The position numbers and the translations under genes are program-made. A DNA stretch of 64,000 bases from Lama guanicoe (taxonomy: Eukaryota), in the NCBI GenBank assembly GCA_013239625.1, contig MU054220.1, forward strand, positions 4,155,374 through 4,219,373, written 5' to 3'. The notes below the pieces were generated by a model that had not been told where the DNA came from, ran no database searches, and saw nothing but the letters and a program-made list of their open reading frames with translations. Of this stretch, positions 35,400 through 47,350 are shown one piece after another (the first letter of the stretch is position 1; each line of letters begins with the position of its first letter).

Positions 35400-36680
35400 A
35401 TCCTCTTGGGCTGTAACTGATACACAAGAGGCGCACAGGCTCGGACCCTAGAAGAGGACTTCCGGTTCCAACAACTTCCTCTGCGGATCAAGGGTTTAAG
35501 GCGGTTCCCCGGGCTGGGTGGAGGCCTCGCCTTTCGAGCCAAGCTGGGTTTTCCAGGGGGCTAACCAGACCCCAGTTTCACCTGCTCTGGCCCTCTGAGT
35601 CCTCTCTCCCGGCCCTGAGCTCTTTGCCTTGCCCTTAGGTGTAAGTGGGGAGCAGGGAACCAGGCTCTGTCTCGAGCCTAGACCGCGCCTTCAGACGGGA
35701 ACCCCAGCCTTGCGCAGAAAGGCACCGGGGCTCCGGAGCCCAGAGATCCGGGAGGCAGATCGCTGAAGAGCATCATGGGGCGGTGGCAGGAGTGTGCGTT
35801 CTGGCAGGCGCGGGCAGCGGGGTTGGTCATTTAAAAATCCTTCGTCTCTCCCGCTTTGTACATTGATGCTCAAGATCGAACAGTGTATGAGCGACTAGAA
35901 CTCTCTAGAACGCCTCACTTACCCGCATCTCCGGGAGTTTCCGCTTTTCACATATGAATAAAGATATGCTCCTGAATGCAGGCTTTCTTTTGACCCCCTC
36001 ACTTCCTGGCCTTATAAAGCATAGAATTGGGGGGGGTGACCTCTAAGGCCTCTCCCCGCGCTTAATTCCCGAGCATGCTCAGCCGGAGTCTACTGGGGCT
36101 GGGCTTCCTGAGTGCTACGCACCTAAACTCAGGGTACAGGTCCCAGTGAGAGGTGGGGACCGCGGGCGAAGCGGAAGGGAGGGCGATTAGGCGATCCGGG
36201 ACGTGCTGGCCCCCGGTGAGATACTCCCTCAGCTCACAGAGCCTAAGCGACCAGTGCTCCTTCCTCAGGGTAGCCGGGTGCACTTCGGTGAGACCTGCGG
36301 GGTCCTGAGCAATGAACGCGCCCTGATCTCTGAGCCCTCAGAGGCAGTGCCTCGCTCCCCGCCTCCATCCCACAGGGGTGCGGCAGGCCCACGGGCAGCA
36401 CAGGTGCCGGAGCTGAGCAGGGGAAGGTGCTTGGGTGTTCTCATTCCGGAGAGATCCGGGTAGAGTCTGGAAGGGTGGATGCCGGTGGCGAGCGCTGGTG
36501 CGGACCTCACAGCCATAGCTTCGTCACCTGCCCAGAGGAGGGCACGATGGGTCAGCTTGTGCGGCCGGGGCACTGGAGAAGTGGGAGCTTCTCTAAGCGC
36601 CCTGCCGGCCAAGAGGAATCGGGAATCTTTCTACCCGCAGGTCCCGGGAGATCTTTGGGAAAGCTCCGTGATTAGGAGCG
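35400..36680. promoter_or_regulatory. Upstream CpG-rich island (~5-6 kb 5' of the ATG)
   Basis: Visibly CpG-enriched GC-rich segment without coding signature. Confidence 0.6.
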
Positions 36681-36850
36681 TGGGTTCTGAGGTCAGATCA
36701 CCTGAGTTAGAATCCCAGGCCCTCTGCTTTGCTGTGTGACCATAAGCAATTGCTTCACTTCTCTGTGCTTCGATTTTTTTTAAGTCATTGTAAAATGAGG
36801 ATAATAGTACCACCATAGAGCCATTGTGAGGACTGCAAAGATCTAGTGTG
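36670..36850 (+). mobile_element. MIR SINE
   Basis: GAATCCCAGGCCTCTGCTTTGCTGTGTGACC...TGTAAAATGAGGATAATAGTACC...TTGTGAGGA. Confidence 0.75.
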
Positions 36851-37434
36851 CAGGAGCTGACTTGTAACCATTGTCGAAAACGTGATTGCTAATTTGTGTT
36901 GTGTCAAGAGTGTGAGGTTTGTGTACTGAGTTTCTACTCAAGGTTTATAAGATCTCTGGCTTTCCAGCATCATATCTTGACTCTTCCTGCCCTCTCTACA
37001 GGTGTCCAAAATGTTCTTTCAGCAGTCCCAAACTTCTGAACAGTTTCTGTTGCCACCTGGCATTTACAGAGTGGCAAGCCAAGTAGTGTACACCACTCAC
37101 TGAGGGGGATAAAGTCCCCATTTTATTCACACTGGTAGTCAAGACTTGGGGCAGTCAGGGGAGATCTCAGAGCATATAAGCTGGTGGGCTGCCTCTCCCC
37201 AGCTCCACTGTTTGTACAAAGCAATGAAGGATGGGGTGGAGGAGCTCAGATCTAGGAGGGTGGCTCCGGATCTGTCCTTCCCTTTGAAAGAAAGGAGTAT
37301 CTGCTGTTCCCTCCCCACCACCCCCCATCAAGGACCTTCTAACCAACTCAATCCCACACTCCTGACCTCGGGAGCTCCAGCCCTGAGCCACAGGGACTGG
37401 CCAGTTACTCTCCAAACCTGGGGCAATGCTCCTC

Positions 37435-37720
37435 CAATATTCATTCAACTTATTGGTTCACTCACTCATTTCGTCATTCACTCAGTAGATATTTACCAAG
37501 TGGTGCTATGTGCCAAGCACTGGATTTCCTACTGGGGAGAGAGTAACCATGGACTTGCATTCTAGTAGGAAAACAGACAATAAAACTAACACGGCAGAAA
37601 CTGTCAGGTCAGGTAGAGGCTATGGAGGAAATAAACAGGCAGATGTTACAAAGCAGTAGCTAGGGTGGTGAAGGAAGGCCTCCCAGAGGAGGTGACACTT
37701 AGCCTTGACATAGAAAGACT
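37435..37720 (-). mobile_element. L2 fragment
   Basis: TCATTCACTCAGTAGATATTTACC...CTATGTGCCAAGCACTGG...GGGTGGTGAAGGAAGGCCTCCCAGAGGAGGTGACA. Confidence 0.7.
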
Positions 37721-38907
37721 TTTTGTCACCACTTCCCCTTCCCAGGCTGTGTATGAAGCCCACAGAAGTGGGGGAACTGCTTCCAGGAGGGCTGAGCGAG
37801 ACAAGATGAAAGGGAGAGAGAAGAGGGCAGCCAGGGGTGTGCCTGCCAGGCTGTGAGGGTACAGGACTTGAAGCAGAGGGGCCACTGCCCCTACCATTCC
37901 TGGTACAGTGAAGTGATCGGAAGTGCAGAGGTTTCACCAGGCAGGTCAAAGGTGGAGAGACAGTGAGCCAGGGGGAGCCTCGGTTAAGAGAGAAGTAATG
38001 CACCAGGAGAGCAAAGGCTGAGACCAGGCTGAGCTTCAGGATCCTCAGTGTAGCTTCTGGCTGGAAGGGTGCCCTGCACCTTTGTGGAGGAACTGGGTGG
38101 GAGTGGCTGTGCTATCAGCTATGGAGGAGGGAGGGATGGATGGATGGGCCCATGGACCAGCAAATCATGGAACACACGCAGAAATAACCAGCTGTACTTA
38201 GCATTCTCCAGGGAAAGACGCGTTTGAAGGGACTTAGGAGAGAGGGTCTGTGGTGGTTTTCTTGAGGAAATAATTGGCCCAGAATGTTCTCATGTGGTCA
38301 CAGGCAAATCCACACGCACTGCCTCACTTGCAGGCACACTCTCACTTTCTGAGTTCCTCTCTAAGGTACAACATAGGAAGGTAAAAGGCCCTCCCACAGG
38401 TTCCAAGGACCAGGACCTCAGCTCACCAGGAGGGATTCTGGCTGAGGACGCCAAATGCTGTCAAGGGCTCTGGGTTTGAAATTTCCAAGGGAGTGGCCAG
38501 GAAAAGGTTGAATAATGAGGCAGTAATTAAGCAGGTAATAAAAGTGTGGGGTGGGTAGGAGGCTAGAGACAGCACTCAAAGAAAGCTTTCCAGAATGCAG
38601 TGGCGTTGTTTTTTTGTTTTTGTTTTTGTTTTTGCATTGAGAGTGTGGAGCAGTGCAGACGTTTCTGGAGAATATTGTAATTGCCATCCTACCTGTCTTA
38701 AGAGTTGTTCCTCCCTCTCCCTCCATGTATTTCACTTCTTTAGTTTTCCCTTTGTGTCTAGATCTGGAATTGGAGGGTTGGGGGTGAAGGGGAGGGCTTG
38801 CTGACACCATCTGGATGCTAGCAGGCAGATTCAGGGACCAGAGTAGCCTGCTTCCTTAGAACTCCTTAGCAAAAATGCACCTCTAAGACCCCAGACCACG
38901 CTGCATT

Positions 38908-39030
38908 TTCATTCATTCATTCATTCATTCATTCATTCATTCACGCGCCATTTTACGAGCACCTAGGATGTGCCAAGCCCTGCAGTGAACAAGGCAGGTC
39001 TGGCCCCTACTCTGAGAGAACTCACTGTTC
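38908..39030 (-). mobile_element. L2 3' end with an expanded (TTCA)9 tail
   Basis: (TTCA)9 at 38908-38943, then GAGCACCTAGGATGTGCCAAGCCCTG...GTGAACAAGGCAGGTCTGGCCCCT. Confidence 0.75.
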
Positions 39031-40199
39031 TTCTGCAGCCCAGGAGAGGCTGCCTCACTCTTAATTTTGTCGCTTGATTCATGAAGAGCAACTGGTTGTC
39101 TTCAGCTAGAGGAAACCAAAGACACTGGGAACTGCCTCGCTGAGTAGTGGAAGGAACCCAGGCTTTAATATTTTATTCCATAAATATTTGTGAAGCCTCC
39201 CACAGAGGCTGCCCTCCTGCAACCTTGGAATAGTGAGGTGGAAATGAACACTGAACTGGCAACCAGATGACCATGAAATCCAGGATGGAGATGTGGCAAA
39301 TAGGAGCATTAATCCAGACTTGAAGAGATGGAAGGCTTTCTGGAGGAAGAGGCTCTACGCTGAACCTCAAATTATTAGCCAGACAAAAGTGCAGGGATGA
39401 AATTAGGGAATTCCAGAACTTGGCAGATTCTAAGAACTGAAATAAACTTGGGCTTCAGGAGCATTTGGGGTGATAGCAGGCTCACTCACTTTTGGCTATC
39501 AGAGGTAGGAAAATTATTTGGTTTCTTTGAGTTTCAGTCTACCCATCTGGAAAATAGGTATGGCAAGGTCAATGTCACCGGATTGTTGGAGTGGCCAGGG
39601 GGATGACCTGTGGATGGCTTCTGGCACAACAGGTACTCAGTAAATATAAAATTCTCATGTGGCTTAGGTCTGTGGGCCAGAGAGGTGCGGGTCCAATGGG
39701 CAGCGGGGGAGGGGTTCAGGCTTATGCACCCCTGGCCGCGGTTTGCAGAATATCTTTATTAACGAGCACTTCAAGGTAAGCCGCGATGGAAACCAGATGT
39801 GGGATCGCACAGTTGGCGGCAGAGCAAGGAGCAGAGATACCAAGTGAATGGGGTGGGGGTGAGGATTAGCTGGGATGAGATTGAGGGTAGATACATGACT
39901 CCCCCCACCCCCAGATATTTTTCTTAGGGAGACCTTTTAGGTGCAGAAGATTGACTTCTGACCCACATTCCCGGGTTCAGGGCACTCAACCCCTTGCTCA
40001 TTTCACTCTGCCCCTTCACCTTTCACCCCACTCCCAGCCTCCCTTAGGTATGTTCTCCATCCACGGATTTTTCCCTGCAGTTTATCGAGGGCTGTGCCTA
40101 CTGGTCTCCTTCAAACTGAGTTATTTCGTAGTCAGAGATCTATTTCCTCTATTCTTCGCATTTTCGTTCTTGGCAACGCCATCCCAGATAGGCGGAGAG

Positions 40200-40390
40200 A
40201 CTAGTCTCAGCGTGAGTTTCAAGGCGGGCACTGCTACTTCCCAGCCATGTGACCTCAGCCAGGTGACTGCACCTCTCTGAGCCTCGGTTTGCTCATCAGA
40301 AAATTGGGGACCTTGATTTCCAACACTCACGGTTGTTGTGCGGTGCAATTGATGATTAGCCTGTGGAAGGGACTCGACACGCCATAAATG
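40200..40390 (+). mobile_element. MIR SINE
   Basis: CCAGCCATGTGACCTCAGCCAGGTGACTGCACCTCTCTGAGCCTCGGTTTGCTCATC. Confidence 0.7.
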
Positions 40391-41480
40391 TGCTTTTCCC
40401 TTGCTGTGGAGAGTCCCAGGACCTTGAGGCACATGTTGGTAAGGGAAACCACAGCCTGTCAAATCCAAGCCATTTGTTTTACAATCGGGGGACAGTGAGG
40501 GCTATAGATTAGAGATTGCCTCACTACCACAGGTGACACCCCCATGATGGGGCACAGACAGTGGGTCTCCCAACTCCTCCCCCCAACGGTGTCAGCCAGA
40601 AAATCCCCTCAGCTGGGCACATACCTACGTGAGGCAAACGCGGATCCTTTCCGGGAGGAGGGGAGGTGGACAGCGCTCTAAAGCTTAGAAAACTGGCCCA
40701 GCCTGCGATTTCTCTAGATTTTGAGTGAAAACAGCCCCCTCCACACCCTACCCAGTGCCCTTACAGGGGAGAGAAATGGTTAACAAGACGTGAAAGTGGC
40801 CATGCACAGGATGACTGCCTCGTGTGTGTTAATTTCATGGAAGAACGGAGAACAGGGGAAAGACGTTGGAAGCAGACGAAAAAGGCACCAGTGGGAAGGC
40901 CCGCAGCTGTGCTGCCGAATTCGCACGGAAGTGTCCAAATGACTTGCCTGCACTAGGAGGCTAGCTGCCCACCTGACTATGAATGTAAAAATCTGTTAGG
41001 TCTTTTGGGGTTTGTTTTTTGTATTTTTTAATCTGTCACTAAAATTTTGCGTGCCCCCCTCCCCTAGGCCAAAAGTTGGACCACCAATTCTCCGCCTAGC
41101 CTGGGGAGCGGAGTCCTGGGAGTCCAGACACCTCCCTAGCCCCGCCTAGAATCGAAAAGGCCTTCGGGCTCCTCCGGGTTGAATCCCCTGCCAGCGGTGA
41201 GGGAGTTAGCGGCATCTCCTTAAGAGAGGAAAGGGAGGAACAGCGGCGGGTGGAAGGAGAGAGTAGGGAGAGAGGAGGAGAGGGAGAAGGAGGGAAGAAA
41301 AAGAGAGAATCGGGTCGGGGGGGATCAGTCTCCTTCCCACCCCTTCAAAAACCTTAAGAGGGTTTGGGGGATCTGGTCAACTTTCCGAAACATCTGAATC
41401 TTTTTACAGTCGTCGGTTCTTTTCCTGGGCCAGCTGTGGGGAGGGAGAAGAGAGGCGTGGGGGGGGGGTGAAAAGAGAAG

Positions 41481-41511
41481 GAGAGAGAGAGAGAGAGAGA
41501 GAGCGCGCGCG
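41481..41511. repeat. (GA)11 followed by a (GC)n run in the ALX4 5' region
   Basis: GAGAGAGAGAGAGAGAGAGAGA-GCGCGCGCG read directly. Confidence 0.9.
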
Positions 41512-41641
41512 AGAACGAGCAGGCCGACGCGGAGCGCACAGCCACTCCGCCTCCTCGCCTCTTCAACCTCCCGGCCAAGGCGCGCGGTGGCGTCCTCGCG
41601 CTCTCGCTCGCGCCCCCGCCCGTCGCCCGCGCAAGCCAGGC

Positions 41642-42104
41642 ATGAACGCTGAGACTTGCGTCTCTTACTGCGAGTCGCCGGCTGCTGCCATGGACGCCTA
41701 CTACAGCCCGGTGTCGCAGAGCCGGGAGGGCTCGTCGCCTTTTAGGGCATACCCCGGCGGCGATAAGTTCAGCGCAACTTTTCTGTCGGCCGCCGCCAAA
41801 GGGCAGGGATTCGGAGACGCCAAGAACCGGGCCCGCTACGGCGCGGGACAACAGGACCTGGCGGCACCCCTGGAGAGTGGCGCCGGGGCGCGGGGCTCCT
41901 TTAACAAGTTCCAACCTCAGTCCCAGCCCCAGCCGCCAGCCCCGCAGCCTCCGCAGCCCCAGCCCCCGCCCCAGCCCCAGCCGCCCGCGCAGCAACCGCA
42001 TCTCTACTTGCAACGAGGCGCCTGCAAAACGCCCCCGGACGGCAGCCTCAAACTCCAGGAAGGCGGCGGCGGCCACAACGCGGCCTTGCAGGTCCCCTGC
42101 TACG
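41642..42104 (+). CDS. ALX4: ALX4 (aristaless-like homeobox 4) coding exon 1; partial CDS, remaining exons outside the window
   Basis: ATG at 41642 opens [43 protein letters not shown]...PQ-rich...[35 protein letters not shown], which I recognise as the ALX4 N-terminus. It ends TAC G|GTGAGT, a canonical phase-1 donor at 42105 (154 codons + 1 nt), matching the known ...VPCY-A-KESS junction. Confidence 0.97.
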
Positions 42105-44250
42105 GTGAGTGCACGTGCGGATCCCTCGGGGCTAGGGACCCCCGAAACCCGTTCGGCCTGCGGGAGAGAGGAGTCTGGGCTAGGGAGGCTCGGGGCCGAG
42201 CAGTGTGTGACTTTCGGTCGGAAAATGGGGATCGACTATTCCGAGGGGACCAGGGGATCCGTCCTGTCCCCTGCAAATACCCTCTGCCAAGGGCGCGGAG
42301 CGTTCGGCTATTAAACTCAACCTGGAATCAGTTTCTCCCCCTCTTCAACGTTTCCCCAAACCGCTTGCTTGCGCTGCCCGCGGGGCCGGCTTTGAAGGGT
42401 ATGCTTCGCACGGGCTCTAGGAGTGCGGCGGCGAGAAAGTCGCGGCGCAGCGCTCGGGCGCCTAGATCCGGGGCTGCCGAGGCCTCGCTCCTCGCCGGCT
42501 GCGGCGCTCCTTGGGCAGCACCGCAGGTGGGAGCATCGCAGGTGCGGGGCCCGGCCGCGAGCCTGGAGCGCTGTTGGCGTCGGAGCGCGCCGGGTATGCG
42601 GTGAAACCGGGGAGCCAGAGCGTGCGAGTCCACAGACGCCTGGGGCTGCGGAAGACCCGAGTTGGGGTGGTTTTTCACAGAGTTCCCGAGCGTTTCTCCT
42701 TTGGCGATCCTGAGAGGTGGCCGGCCTCTGAACAATGATTTAGGACCCACCCGCAGAGAAACAGGAAGACACAGAGTCCCAGGAGGGGCAGTGCTGGGCA
42801 AGAGGGAAGGTTCTGGGTCCTGATTTGGGCCCACAGGGAACCCGAGGCCTAAATGACCTCCAGGCCCCCTTGAACACGGTGCAGGACGCAGGCCTGGGAC
42901 CCTAGAGCACAGCGACTATGGAGGAGGAGAGAGCCTCTCAAGGGCGGCCTGAGGCCAGAGTAGCTCCGGAGCCTAGGCCTCCTCTCCGCAGAATCGGGAC
43001 TGGTGAGCCACAAGCTGGCAGGGTGAGAAACCGAGGAGGAAGGGAAAAATCTTCTCTGGGCTTGGAGCCCTGGGTACACACTCTCCCCCTGGGGCCTTAA
43101 CCTTCAGACAGAGCCCTGGAAATGAGCTGGTTCTGGCAGGACAACAGCTTCAGCTGCATCCAGGCCGGATGGAGAGACATCAGAGCTGGAGACCGAGGTG
43201 GGACATGGCGGAGGCCTTAGTGGCTGAAATAACCTTAGGAAGACAGCCCATGGCAAATGCTTTCTGACACTCAGACTGGAACCAGCTTTCCCACAGGCTC
43301 AGAACTAGTCCAATAAGTGGTTGTTGACATGCACAAATATTCACACAATCATACACTTGTCTACACTTGCACTCTACACACATACATACAAAACCTCTTT
43401 TCTCAGGAGCCAGCGTGCTCACACAGAGTACACCCAGTCATGTGGCCTCGCACATAGCCACACACTCTCAAACCCGCAGAACGGACTGAGCAGATTTAGG
43501 AAGATCCAGTGGCCTCCCGCACTTCCTCCACCTTTCCTCCCCACCTTCCTGTTGGAATGAGATCAGGCACTCGGGTCCCAGACACTCACAGCTCCACACA
43601 GGTGCCCTTTCTGGAGACAGGCTCTCAGCCCTGTCCATATGCACCGGCTTGCTGGCCCCAGGGCTCAGACTCTCTCCTTCTGACCTCACCCAGGCCCCTC
43701 CTTGTCCCTATCATTTGGGAATGTTAGGTGTGAGCAAGTCACAGACTGAAAGATCCTGGAGGCTGATTGTCCAAAGCCAGGGGACTCACATGTTTTCTCT
43801 CCCACTGCCCTGGTCTTCCGTGTTTTGAAGAAATTCACCCGTGAAGCTTCTGAGGAGGCAAAGACATTAGACAAGGAGAGATCCCGAGTCATTTCCAACC
43901 TCTCCTTTGGAAGATGTCTTCAGGTCCAGAGGGAAAATGAAAAGGGTTAGACCCCTCTGATCACCCTCTCTGAGCCTGCTGGGCCCCCACTGCCAGCCTG
44001 CATAATGCATTCTCTATAGGCAGTATCCACTGGGGCAACCTACAGTGTGACCTGAGAGCGAGAAACTCCTCTAAAGCCCCGTTTCCTCATCTGTATCCCG
44101 CGGGAGGAAGCTGTGAGGCCTCAGTGGGTAGTAAAAGTCCCCCCCACCACCCAGAGAGCATGGGACTCTAGCCTGCCCACTCCGGGTTTCTCCCCTTGGC
44201 CTGGTGCTGTTGGGAACTCATAAGCACCCAATTCTGAGGACAGAGCAGCA

Positions 44251-44270
44251 CCCCCCCCCCCCCCCCCCCC
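44251..44270. repeat. C20 homopolymer
   Basis: 20 consecutive C residues. Confidence 0.9.
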
Positions 44271-44719
44271 AGGACAAAGACAAAAGCTGCAGGTTGGGAC
44301 AAAAGGCAGCCTGGAAACACCAACAGAACCCCACTCCCCTGCTGCCCAAGATGGAGGCACTGCTCAGGGCTTATCCTTTTCCTTCTCTCAGCAGCTGCTG
44401 TTTCCCTGGCCAGGAGGAGATTTCTAGCTCTTGTAGAAAAGAGATTAGACACATAAGGTCTAAAATGAGGAAACCGAGGCCCCAAGAGGTGCAGCTCTGC
44501 CCTCTACAGAAGTGGCTGGGAGCAGGGTCTCTGGAGCTGGCTTTCTAGGCAGTCAGCAAGCAGGGAAACTGAGGCACACATTGACGTGTTCTCTCCCACA
44601 TTCATGAGTGTGTACTCAAGAGGAAGAAAGTGGGTCCGAGGAAAAAGCCTCGGATGTCCCCAGGAGCTTGGGGGAAGGCACAGGCAGACATGGCTCTGCC
44701 GATAGCCTCACTCTGGCTG

Positions 44720-47350
44720 ATCTCGGCCCCTACCCAAGGTAGCTTCGACCTCGCAACCTCCTTCCCAGCACTGTTGATCTGACGGCGGGAAACCAGTGTC
44801 TCCGTCTGTGTAACTACACCCAGCCCGAGGCGAGGCTCGGAGGCCTTCTCTGAACCTCAGCCCAGGGAGCCACTCCTCAAGTCCAAGAGGTGCAAGTCCT
44901 TTTTGAGGGAGGAGCGGGCCTGGGAGCTGGGCCCGGATCACAGCGAGAGAGCGCGAGGGCAGAACAGCCGCCTCGAGTCTCCTCCGACGGGGGCTTCTGG
45001 GACGTGCCGAAAGAGGAGGTGAGAAATCTTCCCAGGCTACAGATGACCCTAACCCAAAGTGGGCCTCCGTTCCCCATCGATCCTAAAAGAGAGGCAAGAT
45101 GTGTAACTCCGAGCCCCTCCGGGTGCAGAGACATTCCCATTTTTACGGAAGAGCCCTATCATGCCCTTCCTGTTGCAGTCCCGGGCCTGGCAGGCTCCGG
45201 GTCCACAATTTGGCCTTCCAAAGACCCTGCCTGAGCTGGCCGGTCCGTGGACTCATGATCCCAGGAGACACGCCAGGTTGGAGACTCAACGTTTCTCAGC
45301 GGCACGAAGAGCCTCCGGCCGCAGGAGTGAGGACCCCGGCGCCTCGCTTCCAAACCCCAGCGGACTCCCCAAGCTGCCGCCCACACGGCGCGCGCCAGGC
45401 CTCGACTCTGCGCCCCGACACTTCGGAGAGCAGCCCTGCTACCTCCTCTTTCGCTTTCGATTCGGTGCACGCAGGTTTTCGTTGCTGGCCCATTGCTAAC
45501 TTCCTTCGCATCCACCCCGCCCGAAGGCAGCGCTTTCAGCACAGAGGTCTAGGGAGGCAAGGGGCCAGTCCAGAGACCCCCGGGACGGGGACGCCGCCGA
45601 GGGGCTGGTCTTTATTTGTCGAATTAGACGCACTGTTTGAATGCCAGAGGTTTTTGTTTCCCTGCACACCACAAAATGTGTAAAATCCACCCGGGTCATA
45701 TTCGAATTTAGTCAAAGAAGCAGTGTTTTTAGTAAGAGAGATACCCCTCAAAAAGACAGCGAGAAACCGAGGCATGGGCATTAATAGTAAGAGCCCCTGG
45801 GTGATCCTAGGATGATCGAGAGAAAACTTAAGACTTAGAGCTGTGACGTCGCCGACCCCCAGTCAATTTGGGAGAGGAGAAGGGAAGGAAGATTCTTTTA
45901 AATTTTTTACTTTGTTAGTTTCTGTGGCCGCCAACCTGCTCCAACAGGCTGGACTGTTGAACACACACACTCTTAAATAGGAAAACAGGTCTGGATTAAA
46001 GGTCTAGTATTATTTTAGATGAATCGATTTGCACAAAGTTTTCTTTATTATACTTCATACACAGTGAAGTTCACAGTTAAGTGGAAAGTTTGAAGAATTT
46101 TCATGTGTGTGTTCACTGTAACTGCCACCTGGATGAAGACACAGACCATTTTCGTGCTGTATATGTAAACGAAAACTTGGAGGAGGGGGTTGTTTTTTAA
46201 GTTGTTTTAAGATAATTTCAGAAGAGAATCGGGCATTTGCGCGGTCCCGACTCTAGCGAGGTTAACTACGGGCTGCACCAGGAACCTTGCTGCCTCCGCG
46301 GTTCTCTCTCGAAGTCGCAGAAGCCCTGAGTTTTGCAGGGCTTCTGAGTTTTGCACCCTGCAAAAGACAGGCCGCCGTAGGGAAACAAGTTTAAAATACG
46401 ATGCAAAAAAATTCACAAAGGTTCGTGAAGACTTTCGTTTCAGAGAGCAGTTGGGCACACTTTTCCAGGGACGTACCTTCTTACCTTGGCTATAGCCCCT
46501 TTCTCTCTTAGGGCAGTTCTGCACGTAGCTATGTTTTGTGGCAAACTGAAAAAAGAAATGGAAATAGAGTGGCCTTTGCATCTGTGGGGGCTGAGGGGAG
46601 GTTGAAGTCCCGGCTTTTGGTATTCAGACTTGTCCGCTGACCCCAGCACCAGGGTGGCCGAAGCAGCATGCGGAGAAAGAAGGGGGAAACTGCTTCAAGC
46701 CCCCCACGGATCTTCAGGCTTGGGATGGGGAATCGGAGGTCCCACTTCAGTGAGCGCACCTTTTGCTGCAAGGAAAGGGGAGTTAGGGGACAGATCAAAA
46801 AGAATGCTTGGTGGGAGAGAGATCTCAGCACCGCAGCCTCAGCGTCCTCAGCTCCCAGGACCCCGGCTCAGGAAACCAAAGGACCTAGGCCCAGGCACTG
46901 CTTTGCGTGGGGTGGTGAGAGCGCGCCCTGCAACAGGGAGCCTGCCAGGCACCACCTGGCCACGTGCTCCTGCCGCTAAGGGGTTCTCCAGGCGTCATTA
47001 AGATGACAAGGCGGGTCATCAGATTAGGAAACCAGGAGGCGGAGGACTCGGCTGCATAGCGATCTTACCCAGCGAATTCAGAGTGTAAGCCACCGCCGCA
47101 CCGTCCACCCCTTGCTCCGGGGCGGTGGGCGCCACAGGCCAATAGCCGGTCCAAACTAGACAGTGAAAAGAGGCCCTTCTTTTGAAACAGGGTCTTTTTG
47201 GAGAAAGAGGAGGCACAATGTGCTCTCCCCACCAGCAAGGCCTCCCAGCTGTCGGCTGGTGTGTCTCAGAGATCAGAGTTACTGGTGGCCCCCAGGGACC
47301 TTACGTCCAGAGACGCAGCCCTGCGCCTTCTCTCGCCTACAGATGTGCAA
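44720..47350. promoter_or_regulatory. Intron-1 CpG-rich islands (about 44.7-45.7 kb and 46.2-47.35 kb)
   Basis: CpG-dense stretches separated by an AT-richer spacer containing an L1 fragment. Confidence 0.6.

Larger units (their letters stand above)
41040..43000 (+). promoter_or_regulatory. ALX4: ALX4 promoter / 5'UTR / exon 1 CpG island
   Basis: Very GC- and CpG-dense sequence around the ATG; GC-box-like CCCCGCCC motifs, CCAAT at 41084-41088, purine/GAGA tracts; no TATA box seen. Confidence 0.85.

Noticed and set aside
41354..42076. 240-aa antisense ORF over exon 1
   Set aside because: Shadow ORF of a GC-rich coding exon (GLGLR repeats mirror the PQ tract); no recognisable protein.
41468..42604. 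378-aa ORF read as a single-exon gene
   Set aside because: The GTG start runs through the GA repeat and 5'UTR, and the part after 42104 is read-through of GC-rich intron past a canonical GTGAGT donor. Only 41642-42104 resembles ALX4.
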